Source: Camelus dromedarius
Taxonomy: Eukaryota
Assembly: GCF_036321535.1 (NCBI RefSeq)
Contig: NC_087436.1
Location: 77,192,001-77,256,000, forward strand
Length of the DNA stretch: 64,000 bases
Reading direction: 5' to 3'
Shown here: positions 39,806-53,208 of the stretch, in pieces
Layout: each line of letters begins with the position of its first letter
Numbering within the stretch: position 1 is the first letter of the stretch
The notes under the pieces: generated by a model
Seen by the model: only the letters and a program-made list of their open reading frames with translations
Databases searched by the model: none
Told to the model about the DNA's origin: nothing
Position numbers and translations under genes: made by a program

Positions 39806-40789
39806 GTAGCAATCAGTTGAATATTAAAAAAGTGAGATTTTTAATTATAGTTTTATGTCTGGAATGTGAAGACTTCTTTTCTTGTTTCGGAAAGTAAACC
39901 ATGGGCTCCTGTTACTAAAATAAAGACATTTTCTTTTACTAACACATTTATAGGACAAAGGTATTTTTAAAATCATACTGGGAAATCTGTGAATGATTTC
40001 CTCCAATTTGAAGGAAAAAAATGAATTTCCTTATTCATCAATATTTTTAATTGAACATAGATTTTGTAGATATAGGGATGATCGAAGCCTTTTGATGATA
40101 GCAATAACTAGAGAGAAATTTATCAGAATATCAAGAAGTTTTTTAAAAAAATCTAGATTCAGTAGGGTTTTTTACTTGATTTTTGAACTGTAAAAGTAAT
40201 AAGGATTAAAAAAGAACTTTCATCCCACCCACGCCAATCCTGGATAAGATAAGATACAACTATATTACAGAAAAAAGAGACTCGTAGTTCAGCCAGTTTG
40301 TGTGTGTGCCTGTTTTGTTAAAGAGAATCATCTTCAACTTGGGTAGGTCAAAGCACACAACATAAAAATATAAAAGGTTAAGAGTGAAGCATATTTTCTA
40401 AGTCCCATTTTTTAGCCCCCACAACTCAATGTTAGGAGGTAGAATAAAATTACCATTTTGTTTTCAGAGTCATTTCTAAGAATGAGAGACCTGACCCCTA
40501 GTTTTGGAGACTCTAGACCAAGGAGATTCATGTCAACTTCTAGTCCTGTTTTGGAATAAATAAATAGACAACTGATTGGTGAACACTTAGCGAAGGGAAG
40601 ATATTAACACTAGAAGAGAATCTTGATTCTTAGAAATAGGAATCTTAAACTGTGTTCCTATTTTGATAACTATTAGCAGGCAGTCATCCTTTTACCCTTG
40701 AGCTTTAATGGAGTATGACTGAACCTTGCAAACACCTTGGCCAGCTAGTGAAAAGTGACTTTAAGTTTTGTTAAAATTTTTTGTGTCAA

Positions 40790-41310
40790 CAGCATGATGT
40801 AATTGCTTACAAGTATAGAACACGAATGGTTTCCCATTGTGCCCTCAGTTAACCACATTTGAAGTATAGTTCTGAATTGTGGAAACTTTATTTTGTAGGA
40901 GATACTTATTAATTGGAGGTTATTCAGAGGAAGGTCATCAAGCTAATGAGAGCTCTAGAACCATTTTTGTATTGAAGTTGTAAGGGAACTGGTGATATTT
41001 AGCATAAAGAGAGAGGTCTGAGGTGGTCATAGAAAAGATATCCTCAAATAGTTGAAGATATGCCTGGTGGATGATCATAACTGTGGGATTTAGGAAAACA
41101 AAACTAGAAGCAGTGGGTAGTACCTACATCGAGGAAAATTTCAAGTCAGTGTAAGGAACTATTTTCTAATCACTAGAACTGCTCAGTAGTGGGATAAATG
41201 GCCTTTAGAAATTCCCTGCCATTGAAAATATTGCCACAGAATTCAAATTACTGCCTTTCATGGATGTCACTGAATGGATTCCTACACTGGGTAAGAACCT
41301 TTAGATCCTC
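40790..41310 (+). mobile_element. L3/CR1 3' relic
   Basis: 'ccacatttgaagtatagttctgaattgtgg...attcagaggaaggtcatcaagctaatgagagctctagaacc...aagggaactggtgatatttagc...gtgtaaggaactattttctaa'. Confidence 0.78.
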
Positions 41311-41859
41311 TAATTTCATAAATCTAGTTTTGTTCTACGTAAACAAATTTGCATAATTATTCCACTAGGTAACTCTGAGTCATGATATATATGTATCATT
41401 TAAAGATCTTTTAATTATACTACTCAGATTCATTAGGTGAGTTTTTTTTTTTTTAATTTTGTTAAAAACTAATAGAAGATTACTACATCTTCCACAACTC
41501 TTAGATTAAGTTACTCTAAAATATATTGTATAAACAATAGATTTCACATTTCTTCAATGTGACTTCCTTAGTAGGTTTTTAACCAGTCTTACAGCTCCAA
41601 AGATATCTTCAGATCAAGGACAGGTTTAAAGGACATATTAGTGGTTTTCCAGGAAAGTATCCTAAACTGAAATTTGTCTACAGTTTCTCTCACTAAATTT
41701 AATTAACTGGAAAACTTTCTGCTAATAAAATGATCTCATTTACCTATTAGATGGAATGGTTGGTTGTCATATTTGTGGCTCTACAACATCTTTGAAATAC
41801 CTGTTCTGTATTTGGATAGTTCCACAGATTATATGCCTTAGACTCATGTTCTAAGATTT

Positions 41860-42405
41860 GTACCCTGGATTTTTTTTAATTAGGTATGGTAAGGTGATAG
41901 ATAAGGAGATATCTCGCTTTGAAAGAATTGATTACTTACATTTTCTAAGAGAAGGGAAATGCCATGCCATGCAGGGCCACATGGAGAAGTACCAGGTTTT
42001 GTCAGGAGGGAGAAGCAGGAGTGAGGGAGAGAGCAAGGCCCAGAGCCTTTACTGTGTTTTCTGCTATGTAGAAAGGCAAGGCAGGGTAAGGAAAACAGCT
42101 TAGGACTGGCTAATTTGAATAATGTCAGCAGGCTCTGGGCAATAGGGATAGACTCTAGTTGTTTGGTACCTGAGTCTGGGTGATTTAGGACAAGAGGAAT
42201 ATTGGCTTGGTGTGTGAAAGTTAGGTAGAGGAGATGGTTGAGAGTCTGGGGTCTTGATTGGCTAGAAAGTTTGTAATGTCATCTTCGTATACCTGCAAAA
42301 GCTGGATTGCAGGGGCAGAGTAAACAATTTCGTCTGTTAATTTGGCCCTGTGATTATTGGATGTCAAAAGGACAAATATAGAATTAAAAAAAAAATGCAG
42401 AATGC
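41860..42405 (-). mobile_element. MER74-like ERVL LTR
   Basis: 'ttaggactggctaatttgaataatgtcagcaggctctggg...ctagttgtttggtacctg'. Confidence 0.78.
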
Positions 42406-44149
42406 TTCCTCAAAGCAGAAATCAGGATCATTCTTCTAGTCTCTTGCTTCTAAGGCATAAATGTGACAATTTGGCTTGCAAATCTTTTGATCTGCAAGAG
42501 ATCTGTATTTGGAGGTGTCCAAGGCAAGGGGATCAAGAATATTGGGGATACTTTTTTGGTGAGTAAAGTATCTAGTTCTTGGGGCTTGCACTGGAGAATC
42601 TTCTGGGATCTAGTCTTAGTATTTTTGATATGTGCTATGGCATCTATAAAAGCATAGTGTCTTGTCCAAGTGCAGAGGCAATAATGTTTTTGCTAAAGCA
42701 ATCAATTCAATGTGCCTGAGTATTTTTCAGTAGCTTCTGTTTCTGGATTTCTGACTTTCTTCAAATTTATATGAGATCCTTAAGATCCTTTGATAAATTT
42801 GATTTATGCTTAACCTAGTCAGATTCTGTTGTTTGCAACTAGGAATATTGAGATATACAGTGACTTTCTAGGAATCTACTTTTTCCTGAATTTTCTTTTA
42901 CTAAATAGAGAATCCAAACATAAATAGTTGAAAATATGTTTAAATATTTTAATTAAATACGAATATAAGTAAAATAATTATTATTTGAATCATAAGTAGC
43001 TACTGTTCCATATGATGAAATGGAGAAATTGTAAGCAGGTTAAGCAAATAATATATTACAAGACTATGTAAGTCCAGTACACCACACAAGGGCAGGAAAT
43101 GAAGGCAAATTAACTTGCAAACTGCAATTATAAATACAGACTTTTATGACTATTTTGATGACCCAAAGAGATTTAGAGGAAAATGACTCTTTATAATGAA
43201 CAACTTTAGCTAGAAAGCAAAACAAAATCTGTTTATATGTAACAGAGAGGGGAAAGACAGAGTTGCCGATCATACATCGGGATATCCCTCGCACCCCTAC
43301 ATATGGAGAGCAAGCCAAGAACTTCTGGTTCAAATAAGAAGGATGAAGTGTATATTTTCTCTGTATGTAGGTTTTATTTCCATGAAGTAAAGTAAATCAT
43401 GTATACTTGAGACTTATATGTAATGAAGAGTTCTTAATATGCCACAAATGGCCCAAGTAAGTTTTTTTCCTGTGCCATGTAAGAAACCTTTGTAGTGATT
43501 AGGAGGGAACTATCTAACAAATGTTTTCAGCTCTTGCAAAAACTCTCATATGTTTCTTTGATGGGGATTTTTATTCTTGATAATTATCAGAGCTCCTAAC
43601 CACAGAGAAGGATCCGAGAAGCAGATGATTCAGTTCTTGCTCTGATCTTTGCGTCCTAGTCAAATTAAAACCTTGTTACAAAAGAGAAATTTGCTTCCTC
43701 TCAGACATTTAGTCATGTATCTTGCTTTTTCCTAGAAACATGGTGGGCATATTTTTATGTGATTTAGACATAATATGAACAGAAAATAAATGTTTCGTAT
43801 GAGAGGAAAGATAATTATGAGAAATAATATACATGAAGCATTTTTCTAACTTTCTTTAGACATTGCAGAAATGTAATTTCTCTGTTTATGTGTATTCCAT
43901 ATAAACATGGTTAAGTTTATTTGAGCTTTTTCTTTCCATGTTGCTTCGTTGTGGTTGGTAGTTTTGACCATTATAAGGATTAAACATTCTTCAAAGAAAC
44001 AGCTGGGTTAGTTCAATCAAAGTTACAAACGTGTTAAATCCATCCATACATACATTCATACATAGGTACATATATATGTATTTTTCTTTTTAGTATTTAA
44101 GTTAGGAGAACCTTAGGATATTTTTGATGTAGTACTATATACCATTTCT

Positions 44150-44330
44150 ATAGGCTTATTTAACACTCATTGTACTTCATAGCTTTTATCAGACTTTTAA
44201 TTATCTGTTTAATGGTCTACTTCTATTGAATTTATAACTTTTTAAGGGTGGGAACTATATATTATCTTGTTTCTTCTTCTAGTTTATATCAAATTAACTG
44301 AGCAGTAGGTGGTTCATATAATAATTCACT
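44150..44330 (+). mobile_element. L2 3' end relic
   Basis: 'tataactttttaagggtgggaactat...gcagtaggtggttcatataata'. Confidence 0.5.
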
Positions 44331-44346
44331 TAGTTCGTAGACTTTT

Positions 44347-44487
44347 TTTAATTAAATTTTTTTAACTTTGGTTAACTTGTTTAATTTATTGCTTATGCAT
44401 TTTATATATATATACTTTCTATTTATTTATTTATTTATTGAAGTACAGTCAGTTACAGTGTATCAGTTTCTGGCATATAGCCCAATG
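44347..44487 (-). mobile_element. Young L1 3' tip with probable 3'-transduced flank
   Basis: L1 tip 44437-44487, (TAAA)n tail 44421-44439, non-L1 sequence 44364-44420 with minus-strand AATAAA (44385-44390), second A-rich tail 44347-44363. TSD cgtagactttt (44336-44346) / catagacattt (44488-44498). Confidence 0.75.
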
Positions 44488-45670
44488 CATAGACATTTAT
44501 TGAAGCACTCTGCGACTCACTGGGTATGCAGAGTTAAGAAAAATTGATAAGGTACCCGGTCTTACTAGATTCAGCCCAGTGAGGATAATAGATATTTAAT
44601 AATTCAACACAAAAATAAATGTTATAAGTGCTATAAAAAAAAAAGAAAAGGATTCTATGTGAATTTATGGGAACTTTAAAATAATGTGGTAGGAATTTCA
44701 AGTAGTTTATTTATCATCATGATACTAATCCACTACGGAGCCATTGGCCAAAGATTGGCAAGGTAATAAAAGTTAGAAGATATATTCGTGAGGAAAATTT
44801 TAAAAAGCCATTGTAAAACATGAGAGCTAGGCTCTAAAAATATCCGTCTATATAATTAATTATAGAAACTCTAAGATAGAAGAAATTCAGTTTGTATAAC
44901 TGCTGTATGTTTTGTCTTTTCCCGTGAGGGGAACGGTAGCCCTGCCAGTCTCCTCTGTGTGAGTTTGTGTGAACTAAGACTCTCATCAGGATATGATGGT
45001 TTGCTTAACTCATTCTCCTCTTATTTTTACTATCATAAGTAATAAAATTTTAGTTTTAATCTGCTGTATTTTCAAGTGCTGTAATTATCTTTCATTGAAA
45101 TTATGTAATTGCCTAAATTAGAAAGGAGGTTAGAGAGGGCTCTCTGAGGATCTGACAATAAAGCTGATGTATTATAGACAAGCAAGAAATAAAGAGACAA
45201 AAAAAAAAAAATTCCAGTAGTTGCCTTTTCAGCAAAAGGAAACATCTTTCAGGGAGATCTGAGGTGGGTGGGGAAAAGCATCACATGTTTCAAGAACTGT
45301 ACACTGCCGGCGCAGTCAGAGTAGTGAGGGAGATGAGTGGCAAGAAAAATCTTGCAAAGCCTTTCAGGACTGGTTTGTGATATTTATATTTTATTCTAAA
45401 TTCTACAGGAAACAATTAATTGGAGGGGTTGAATCAAGCAGGCAACACACACACACACACACATACAGTCATATGCATTTTTAGGGTACTCTGGTTTCAG
45501 TGAAGAAAATTGGAGAGTAAAATTAGAGATGCCAGCTAAGAAGCTTTTGTAATATTTAACATAAATGATGATGACGGGTTGGATTTAGGATAGTGGAAAG
45601 AAGATAGAGAAAGTTGAATGGATTCTAGATGTGTTACAAGAGGGAGACTAGGAAGATTTGGTGAAGAGAG
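44488..45670 (-). mobile_element. Fragmented L2 relic(s), containing (CA)n at 45446-45463
   Basis: 'acatttattgaagcactctg...ctgggtatgcagag' and 'gaagcttttgtaatattt...tggattctagatgtgtt'. The middle (~44700-45100) is not clearly L2. Confidence 0.55.
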
Positions 45671-45702
45671 AGGACACCACATATTTAAACTACTGAAATA
45701 TT

Positions 45703-45985
45703 TGCATTTCCAAAAACGTATTTGATATGTTTGTGTGTGTACTTGGTACACATATATTAACAGATGTTCTGTGAAATGACAAAAACTCATTCTGTGGTCA
45801 AATAAATTTTGGAAACACTGAATTTAGGCAGAGTTAAAGAGGTTTCTTTACTGTAAGACTTTTCAGTGTCTTTAATATGCTAATATGCATTGTGGATTTT
45901 CAGCAGGGTGACAATAAAAACTCTTATATTTGATGAAATTCTTGTAGGCTTAGTCTTTTACTGAACATACCTTATGATTTGCTGC
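45703..45985. mobile_element. MER103C-like hAT-Charlie element
   Basis: 'ttctgtggtcaaataaattttggaaacactg...ggtttctttactgtaagacttttcagtgtctttaatatgctaatatgcattgtg'. Confidence 0.75.
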
Positions 45986-48789
45986 TTAGAGGAGTGAAAG
46001 AGCTCTCATAGAAGTGTATTTAATTTGTCATATGAAACTCTATTTTAATAAATTTTTCTTTTAGTTAATTGAGAGTATTTATGTGTTTTAGGAATTGAGA
46101 GAAAAAAAGATTTTAGAAAAACTGTTGAAAGCAAAATATAATGTTTGATAAAGTTACCAGGTAGAAAAAAGTTTGTATATTTTAAAATAAACTTTCTCAT
46201 TGCTGCAAAATAAAAGGAAAAATGAAAATCTATCTGCAGACATGATTCTTTGTCAAAAGTTTCCTCTGTTCATTCAAACTCCTTAAAATTTGCCAGTTCA
46301 TTAAGTAACATATTCATATTTTATATTATGCAGAATTTAACTATCTACAAAATGCCATTATAAAATTTCATACTTACTGTGTGTGATTGTAGGAATAAAA
46401 AAATAAAGTTTTACACAGTATAGCCTTAATGTAGCACAGATTATATATATCTATTCAGCAATCACATATTGAGCTCAAACTTGTATTAGACGTATGTTGC
46501 ATATAAAATTATAAATGAGACATGACAGTTTTACTATGTCTAGTGAACAATTAACCAATATTAATATTTACTGACTGATCTTAAATGCAAGCAAGTATCC
46601 CTTTATATTTTAGTGGAATCATCTAAATCCTGAGTCACCATATCCAACTCTTTCCTTCCTGTATTTAAATTCACATTTATCTGCATATATTTGGCTGATC
46701 TGATGTAGGCAAATTTTACTTTTTTGTAGCCAAGTCTCAATTTAATGTTCAAATTTTTTTAGATTTTTTGATTGGGTAATATCATCTTTTTAAGTGGCTT
46801 CATCGTGGCTTCTGTTTTATTTTTTATTTATTACTAGTCATATTAAAAATGAAGTTAGAGTTTGATTCTTATCCCTCTACTTTTAATCCGTACAACTCTT
46901 ATCCTAAAATTAACATTGTTCCTAACGTAACATCCCATATGATGCAAGATGTAGCAATGTATATAATTTAGAATATTTTCTAAATATTTAAAAGCATCAC
47001 TCAGTACACACACATGCACACACACAGATACACACACAGACAAACACTTCTAAATGTGAAGGACAAAAATTACCTCTTTGTGTATACTGGGCTATGCTAT
47101 AACCACATAAGGAGAGCTTCTCAGTTGCAGTGTTTTCCCCTTTCTGGTAATGGTGGTTTTACAAACTTAGCAGAAAGCTGATAAAGAAACTTTAAAATAT
47201 ATTTATATATATATATATTGTTAATGCTGGATAGGTGACATGGGACATGCTGCTGGTAGCTCTGTTAACTGTTTGAAACATTTGTGCCAATATTTGGTCA
47301 GGTGTGGACTTCCAGTGTAAGCCAAAACTCCAATAACCATGGAAACTGTTCAACTGAAGTATGTGAGCACTAATAATATTTTTAAAATCATTTACTCTGT
47401 GGAGTTTCAAATATCATACACTAAGTGTAGTTTTTACAATTACTTGTTCATTTTATTAAACAATAAAATACAAGGGATTAAGGTCCTTACAAAGGCATTT
47501 CCTGTACGTTAGATTATGTAAGTAGCAATCAAATTTTTATACTAGATTTTTCAGCTGACAACATGCCAACAATGTCAAAATGACTAACAGTCTAAGTGTT
47601 AAAAAGTGACTTCCTAATCCAATTATTCCTTGTAAAAGATAGCACGTTTTTAAAGTATCTTTAATTCAGAAAAAATTACATGATAGAAAGATAGAGTATT
47701 CATGAATAAAATATGTTTATTCTGACAACATATGCATTTTTATTTCTGAGTCATACATATTCTAAGTCCAGATATCAACTAACTGTACTATAAATACTAT
47801 CGTGTATTACAATTGTTTTTTTCCCTTGGAATGGGTTTTAGTTTTATACATGAAAATTTATGTGTATAATTCCTCCAATATTAAACCTCAGATTTCTTCA
47901 CAACTAATACTTGAATTTTTGTGTATAAAAGATTTTCATGTAAATTATATGTCTACTAATGTTTTTAAAGGAGCTGAAACCATTTTATTTACTTAAGATG
48001 AAAACATAATAAAATTCTTTGCCTTTCAAGGAGGGATTTAGATACAAATAGTCTCTCAAATAATTCACTCTTGTTTGTTTTCCTTATTGGGGCAACCTAA
48101 CAAGTAAATGCTGCTTGAGGCATCAGTTAGTAAAAAGTATTGAAATCTTGCTGGTTTAAATTGGACCAGGGTGCTTGTTAACACAGGTTACCACACTTGA
48201 TTGCTTTTATAACTGGGGAAATATAAATAGATTCCACTTTTGATGAAGTAGACAGTGCCATCAAATGGAAATGAAAAAGAAAAATCTCTTTCCCCTGGAC
48301 CTGACCTGTTAAATGTTTTCATAGCATATATGTAATTGTGCCACCAACTCTGAGCCAGCCAGGTGAAATTCTCAACCAGAATAGCATGGGAACAAGTGGT
48401 TTATTTTATTATCTAGACTTTAAAGTTTCTAATAATGTCTCCTAACTATTTGTATGGTCCAGAATATTACAAAGGAAGCTGTGGAGAGGAAAAGAATTAT
48501 AGAAAAATGGAAATATTTTGCTAACATGAAAGCTGACTTTACAAAGATTTAAATATATTTTGAACAAGAGTTTATTACTATATCCAGTAGTTTTATTCTT
48601 AGAGCATGTGTGAATGAATAGCCAGTTATGAATGGTAGACAGATTTATGAAACGGAAGATAAATTAAATTAAAATGTGGCTTTCCATTCATTGCATGTTA
48701 GAATCATTTGTTTTGAACTTAAACATGAAGGTTTATAATATTTTTTTACACAGGAAATAAATTTCATTCCACATCTTCTAAATAAATAT

Positions 48790-49356
48790 TTGTTCTGGTT
48801 ATCTTCTGCTTTGCAAAACACATCACAGCTTTAAATATCTGTTTTGTTTTGCTCACAGTTCTGTGGGTCAGGACTTCAGGAAGGGCTTGGCTGGACAGCT
48901 GGTCTCTGCTCAATAGACTCTGAGGGCCTGGAGCTGGTGGGTCCACTTCCAGTGGCCTGTTCACTGATACGGTTGTGGCCTCAGTGCTCTGTCTACCAGT
49001 GTCTGTCTGTTTCTCCCTCTCCTTCTCTCCAAGTGGCAACTCCATATCCAGGGTTTCTTCGTATAACTTGGGCTTTTCAAAAGCATGGATGTCTCAGTGT
49101 ACTTTTTCTTACATGACAGTTGGCTTCTAAGACAGTGTGCTCAGAAAGAGAGGGAGAGAAGATGCCAGTTCAATTACAGGCTGGGTGTAGAACTGACACA
49201 GTATTATTTCCCTGGGTTCTGTTGTTCAAAGTAATCAGATTTGAGGAGGTGGAGGAAAAAAGACTATTCCTTTTGCTGGAAGGGATGGCGTGGGCACAGT
49301 GCATTAGAGCGTGTGGGATGGGAGATACTATTACTGCCAAAACAGAATCTAGCACA
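48790..49356 (-). mobile_element. MLT1G/H-like MaLR LTR
   Basis: 'gctcacagttctgtgggtcaggacttcaggaagggcttggctggacag...gcgtgtgggatgggagatactatt'. Confidence 0.8.
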
Positions 49357-50144
49357 ATGCTCTAATACATCTTTTAAAAAGCAGTGCCCAAGGCAGACAC
49401 TTTATGATTAGCCTGTTTGGGAAGCCCATGTAGCTCCTTGATCTGAGCATAGGGAGGGACGGGTAAAGATAAAGGAGACTCAAAATTTAAATGTCAAAGT
49501 TGTAACCCAAAACTTTACTATACCATCTGTCTCTTTCTCTGTCTTGATCCTCTGAATAATAGTAATGATAATCATAATGATAATAAAATATGGATTTATT
49601 TACTGAGCACTTACTAAGTGCCAGACAGTGTGCTCAGGCCTTGCCTGAATTCTCTCAAAGCCCATAGCAATACTATTGCCTTATATACTGTTACTGTCAA
49701 TGCTCTTTCTTCATTCTGGGTTCATTCTGGGCTGCCAAGAATTGCTAAAAGACCCCAAGCATTTTCATCAATGTTGCATTTGTTTAATATCCTTTACTTG
49801 TTTTTTTTAAACTTGTATATGACGTCAATTAGAGTGAGTTCATCAGTCAGAGTAGGATATGTAGTTCTATCTTATAGGTAATTTTAGTAAGAAATACAAG
49901 CATGTTGGTTTCCTATTATTATAAAATTAAAGAGCTAACACCATATAGGAAAGTAAAAAAAAACGCTTTTGTTAAGTGAAGAATAAACTAAAAGAAACGT
50001 ATAAATAGATGCCACACATTGCTTTAGGAGGAGTAGAAGATAAAAAGGAGAAACAAATTAAAAATTGCACAGAATGAAGAGATTAAAAAGACTTGAACGT
50101 AATATAAGATAAAAACTGTATAAAATGATAAAGACATGGATAAA

Positions 50145-50172
50145 GTATACATACATACATACATACATATAT
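50145..50172. repeat. (TACA)n microsatellite
   Basis: tatacatacatacatacatacatatata. Confidence 0.85.
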
Positions 50173-52395
50173 ACAATAGGAATTCCTGGAGAAGGAAAAA
50201 ACAAAGCAACAACATAAAATTAAAACTAAACATTATACTTTTAAGAAACTTTCTGAGATAAAGGACTGGAAGGGCACACTACTATTTCAGGAAAAAACAG
50301 AATAGCCTACAAGACATGAAAAATGGAATTTGAAGAAAAAGAAAAAAAGACTTCTAAGGGAAAGAAACTCAGATTGTCATCAGATTTTTCTGTGTTTTAT
50401 GCTGCAAGTAATGGAGTAATATTTAAGAGACTGAAAGAAAATATGAGCTAAGGATTTTATATCCAACCAAACTAAACTTCATGTACGACGGCTGGAAACA
50501 CACTATCATGGATGTGCAAAGAACTCAGGAATATTGCTCCCATGAGACTTCCTGGGGAATTAACTAGAGAATACACTTTATACCACCAAAATGACCAGAA
50601 AGACATAAACCAAAGAACTGTGGTCAACAATAAGTATATATTTATCTATAAAACAGAGACTAAATGGGATATAAGGGGGCGAGTGTAGTATAATATTGTT
50701 GTATGCACTGGCAATAGAGATACCGTTGGCCATCAGAAATAAGGGAAAGTGTACGGAGAATAGATTAAGTTCACTGACTGCCTTCTAGTGATTAACTGAA
50801 GAGAAAAGGCATATGATTTCAAATTAGACGTTTAGGGATAGGAAAAAGTGGGAGAAAAAATACTGCTAGCTAATTTCAATATTCTTCATAGTAGGAATAA
50901 TGAACGTTAGCTTTAAAAAAAGGGGGAGAGGCAAGAGTTTCATAGAAGGGTGGTCAGATAAAGGTAGTTATTTGGGCAAAATACAAGCCTTTCATAAAGC
51001 CAAGGAATATATAGAAAAAAAGATGTAACAAAGTAGGTGCCATAGTGAAAAAGCTGTGTGTGTGTGTGTCTGACATATATACAATATAAAGCAATATGAT
51101 AAAAACTAAGGCTAAATTTATCAATAACATCAGTATGTGTAAATGAACTTAGTGCAACTATAAAGACAAAATAGTCCATATTTTATATAAAAATATCTAA
51201 ATTAGAGAAATACAGAAATGTAAAAATAAATTAAAAAAGTAAGTATTCTAGACAGACACAAATAAAAGAGTAAGAGTTGTAATTTTGATATGTAACAAAT
51301 TAGTATTCAAATAAAAAAGCATTAATAGACAAATTATATATGATGTCATTCTAGTGCTTAAAGCTATATTTCACAATTATAGATATGAGTTATTAATATT
51401 ACTCAATTAATTACCCAGTAACACAAATTGATAAATCAGAAACCATTGTGGAGGAAATAATAAATAATGGAAATACACTAATAATAGGAGACTTTAACAC
51501 ACTTATCTCAAGCCAGGTAAGAACAGATAGACAAATATTTACTAGATGGATAATTAATAAGTAATTAATAAGTTCATTTTCATGAATGAATGTTAAACTC
51601 TGTTAACAAAGACTTCACCTTTTCAAGTCTACATGGAACATTCTCCAAATTGGACTATATCTTGGGCACACATGTACATCTGAAAAAAAAAAAATCCCCT
51701 TAAAAATTTCACTACCTCAGTTACTACAAAGAGCATTATCAGACCATAATCCAATTTAAATGACATTAATAACAAAAACAATACAAATGTCCTTTCAAGT
51801 GGGACTTTAAAAATCACTTTAATAAATAACTCTTGGATCAAAAGGGAAACAAAATGAAATAGCAGAATTTCTTCAAACTAAGAGTGCTGAAAATACAGCT
51901 GTCAGAATCTATGGATACAGTTAAAGCAGTTTTTGGAGAAAAATATATAGTGTTAAATACCTATACTAATAAAAATCTAACAGTAAAAGCAAATGAATTA
52001 GGTACCCAATTCAAAAGGTAGAAAAAGGACTACAAAGTACCCCCAAAAAGTAAAAAAGGAGATTAATTAAAAATAAATGAGAAAAATATAGAATTAATAA
52101 TAAATCCAAATGCCAATTCTTTGAAAAAAAATTAACAAACTAGTCAAACCACTAGCTAGCTCAAGTAAGACAAAAGGGGGAACCGACAAATACTTAAAAT
52201 GAGAAATGGCTGGGGGGTTTTCACTACTAAAGAAGACTTACAAAAAACCAATAGAGATTAATTTACACAACACTAATTTATAAACAACAGATAAGATAGA
52301 TAAATTTTTCTAGAAAAACACAACTATCCAAAATTGGTTACAGAAGAGATTAACTGTGTAAACAGATCAATTATTATAGACAAAAAAAAAGTAGA

Positions 52396-52790
52396 TGTTG
52401 CACAGTATGATAGTTTTTATGAGTCCAGCTTGATGATCTGACTCATGAAACACATGGTTTTAATCTAATACGGCATTTATTGGATTAATAGAAAATGTAG
52501 GACTAGGGATAAAGCAAGTGGGCCATTTTTCTCTCTTTGAGAGGCCTCGCGGTTACCATGACACAGAGAAGCCGCACTTCCATTCGCATGCCAATCTTTT
52601 ACACCGTTCTAGTCAAGGCCTACATTGCAATTTAAAGCTCCCTCCATCCAGGGCAGTGCCACACAACAGAAAAAGCAGACAGAAAAATCTGTATCTGTCT
52701 ACATTCTAGTCCAAAGAAAACGGTGTGTGCTAATGGACTAGAGGCCATTCTCTTAGGCAGGCCTGGATTGACACAGGCCTGAGGTTAACA
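52396..52790 (-). mobile_element. Solo LTR, probably a lineage-specific ERV
   Basis: Minus strand reads TGTTAACCTC...GTGTAAAAGA (TATA-like)...AATAAA (52476-52481)...GTGCAACA; 395 bp with TG...CA ends and 7 CpGs retained. Confidence 0.72.
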
Positions 52791-52791
52791 C

Positions 52792-53208
52792 TTTTTTTTT
52801 AATTGAAGTACAGTTCTGTACAATCTTATATAAATCTCAGGTGTACTATATAGTGATTCACAATTTTGAAAGGTTATACTCCATTTACGGTTATTATAAA
52901 ATACTGGCTATACTCCCCTTCTTGTACAATGTATCTTTGTAGCTTATTTTATACCCATTATTTTGTACCCTGCCTCTATGTTGCCCCTCCCCGCTTCTGT
53001 CTCCCCACTAGTAACTGAACAGTTTTTTCTCTGTATCTGTGAGTCTGCTGCTTTTTTTGTTATATTCACGTTTGTTGTATTTTTCAGATTCCACATGTAA
53101 GTGATATCATAGTGTTTGTCATCTGACTTAGTTACCATAATGCCCTCCAGGTGCATCCATGTTGCTGCAAATAGCAAAGTTTTGTTCTTTTTTAAGACTG
53201 AGTAGTAT
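52792..53208 (-). mobile_element. Younger L1 3' fragment (cetartiodactyl type)
   Basis: T9 tail then 'aattgaagtacagttctgtacaat...aaaggttatactccattt...catccatgttgctgcaaat...actgagtagtat'. Confidence 0.9.

Noticed and set aside
43247..43336. + frame RGKTELPIIHRDIPRTPTYGEQAKNFWFK* resembling the TBC-domain IxxDxxR motif
   Set aside because: The motif is too short to be specific, the frame ends shortly afterwards and no other TBC exons are visible.
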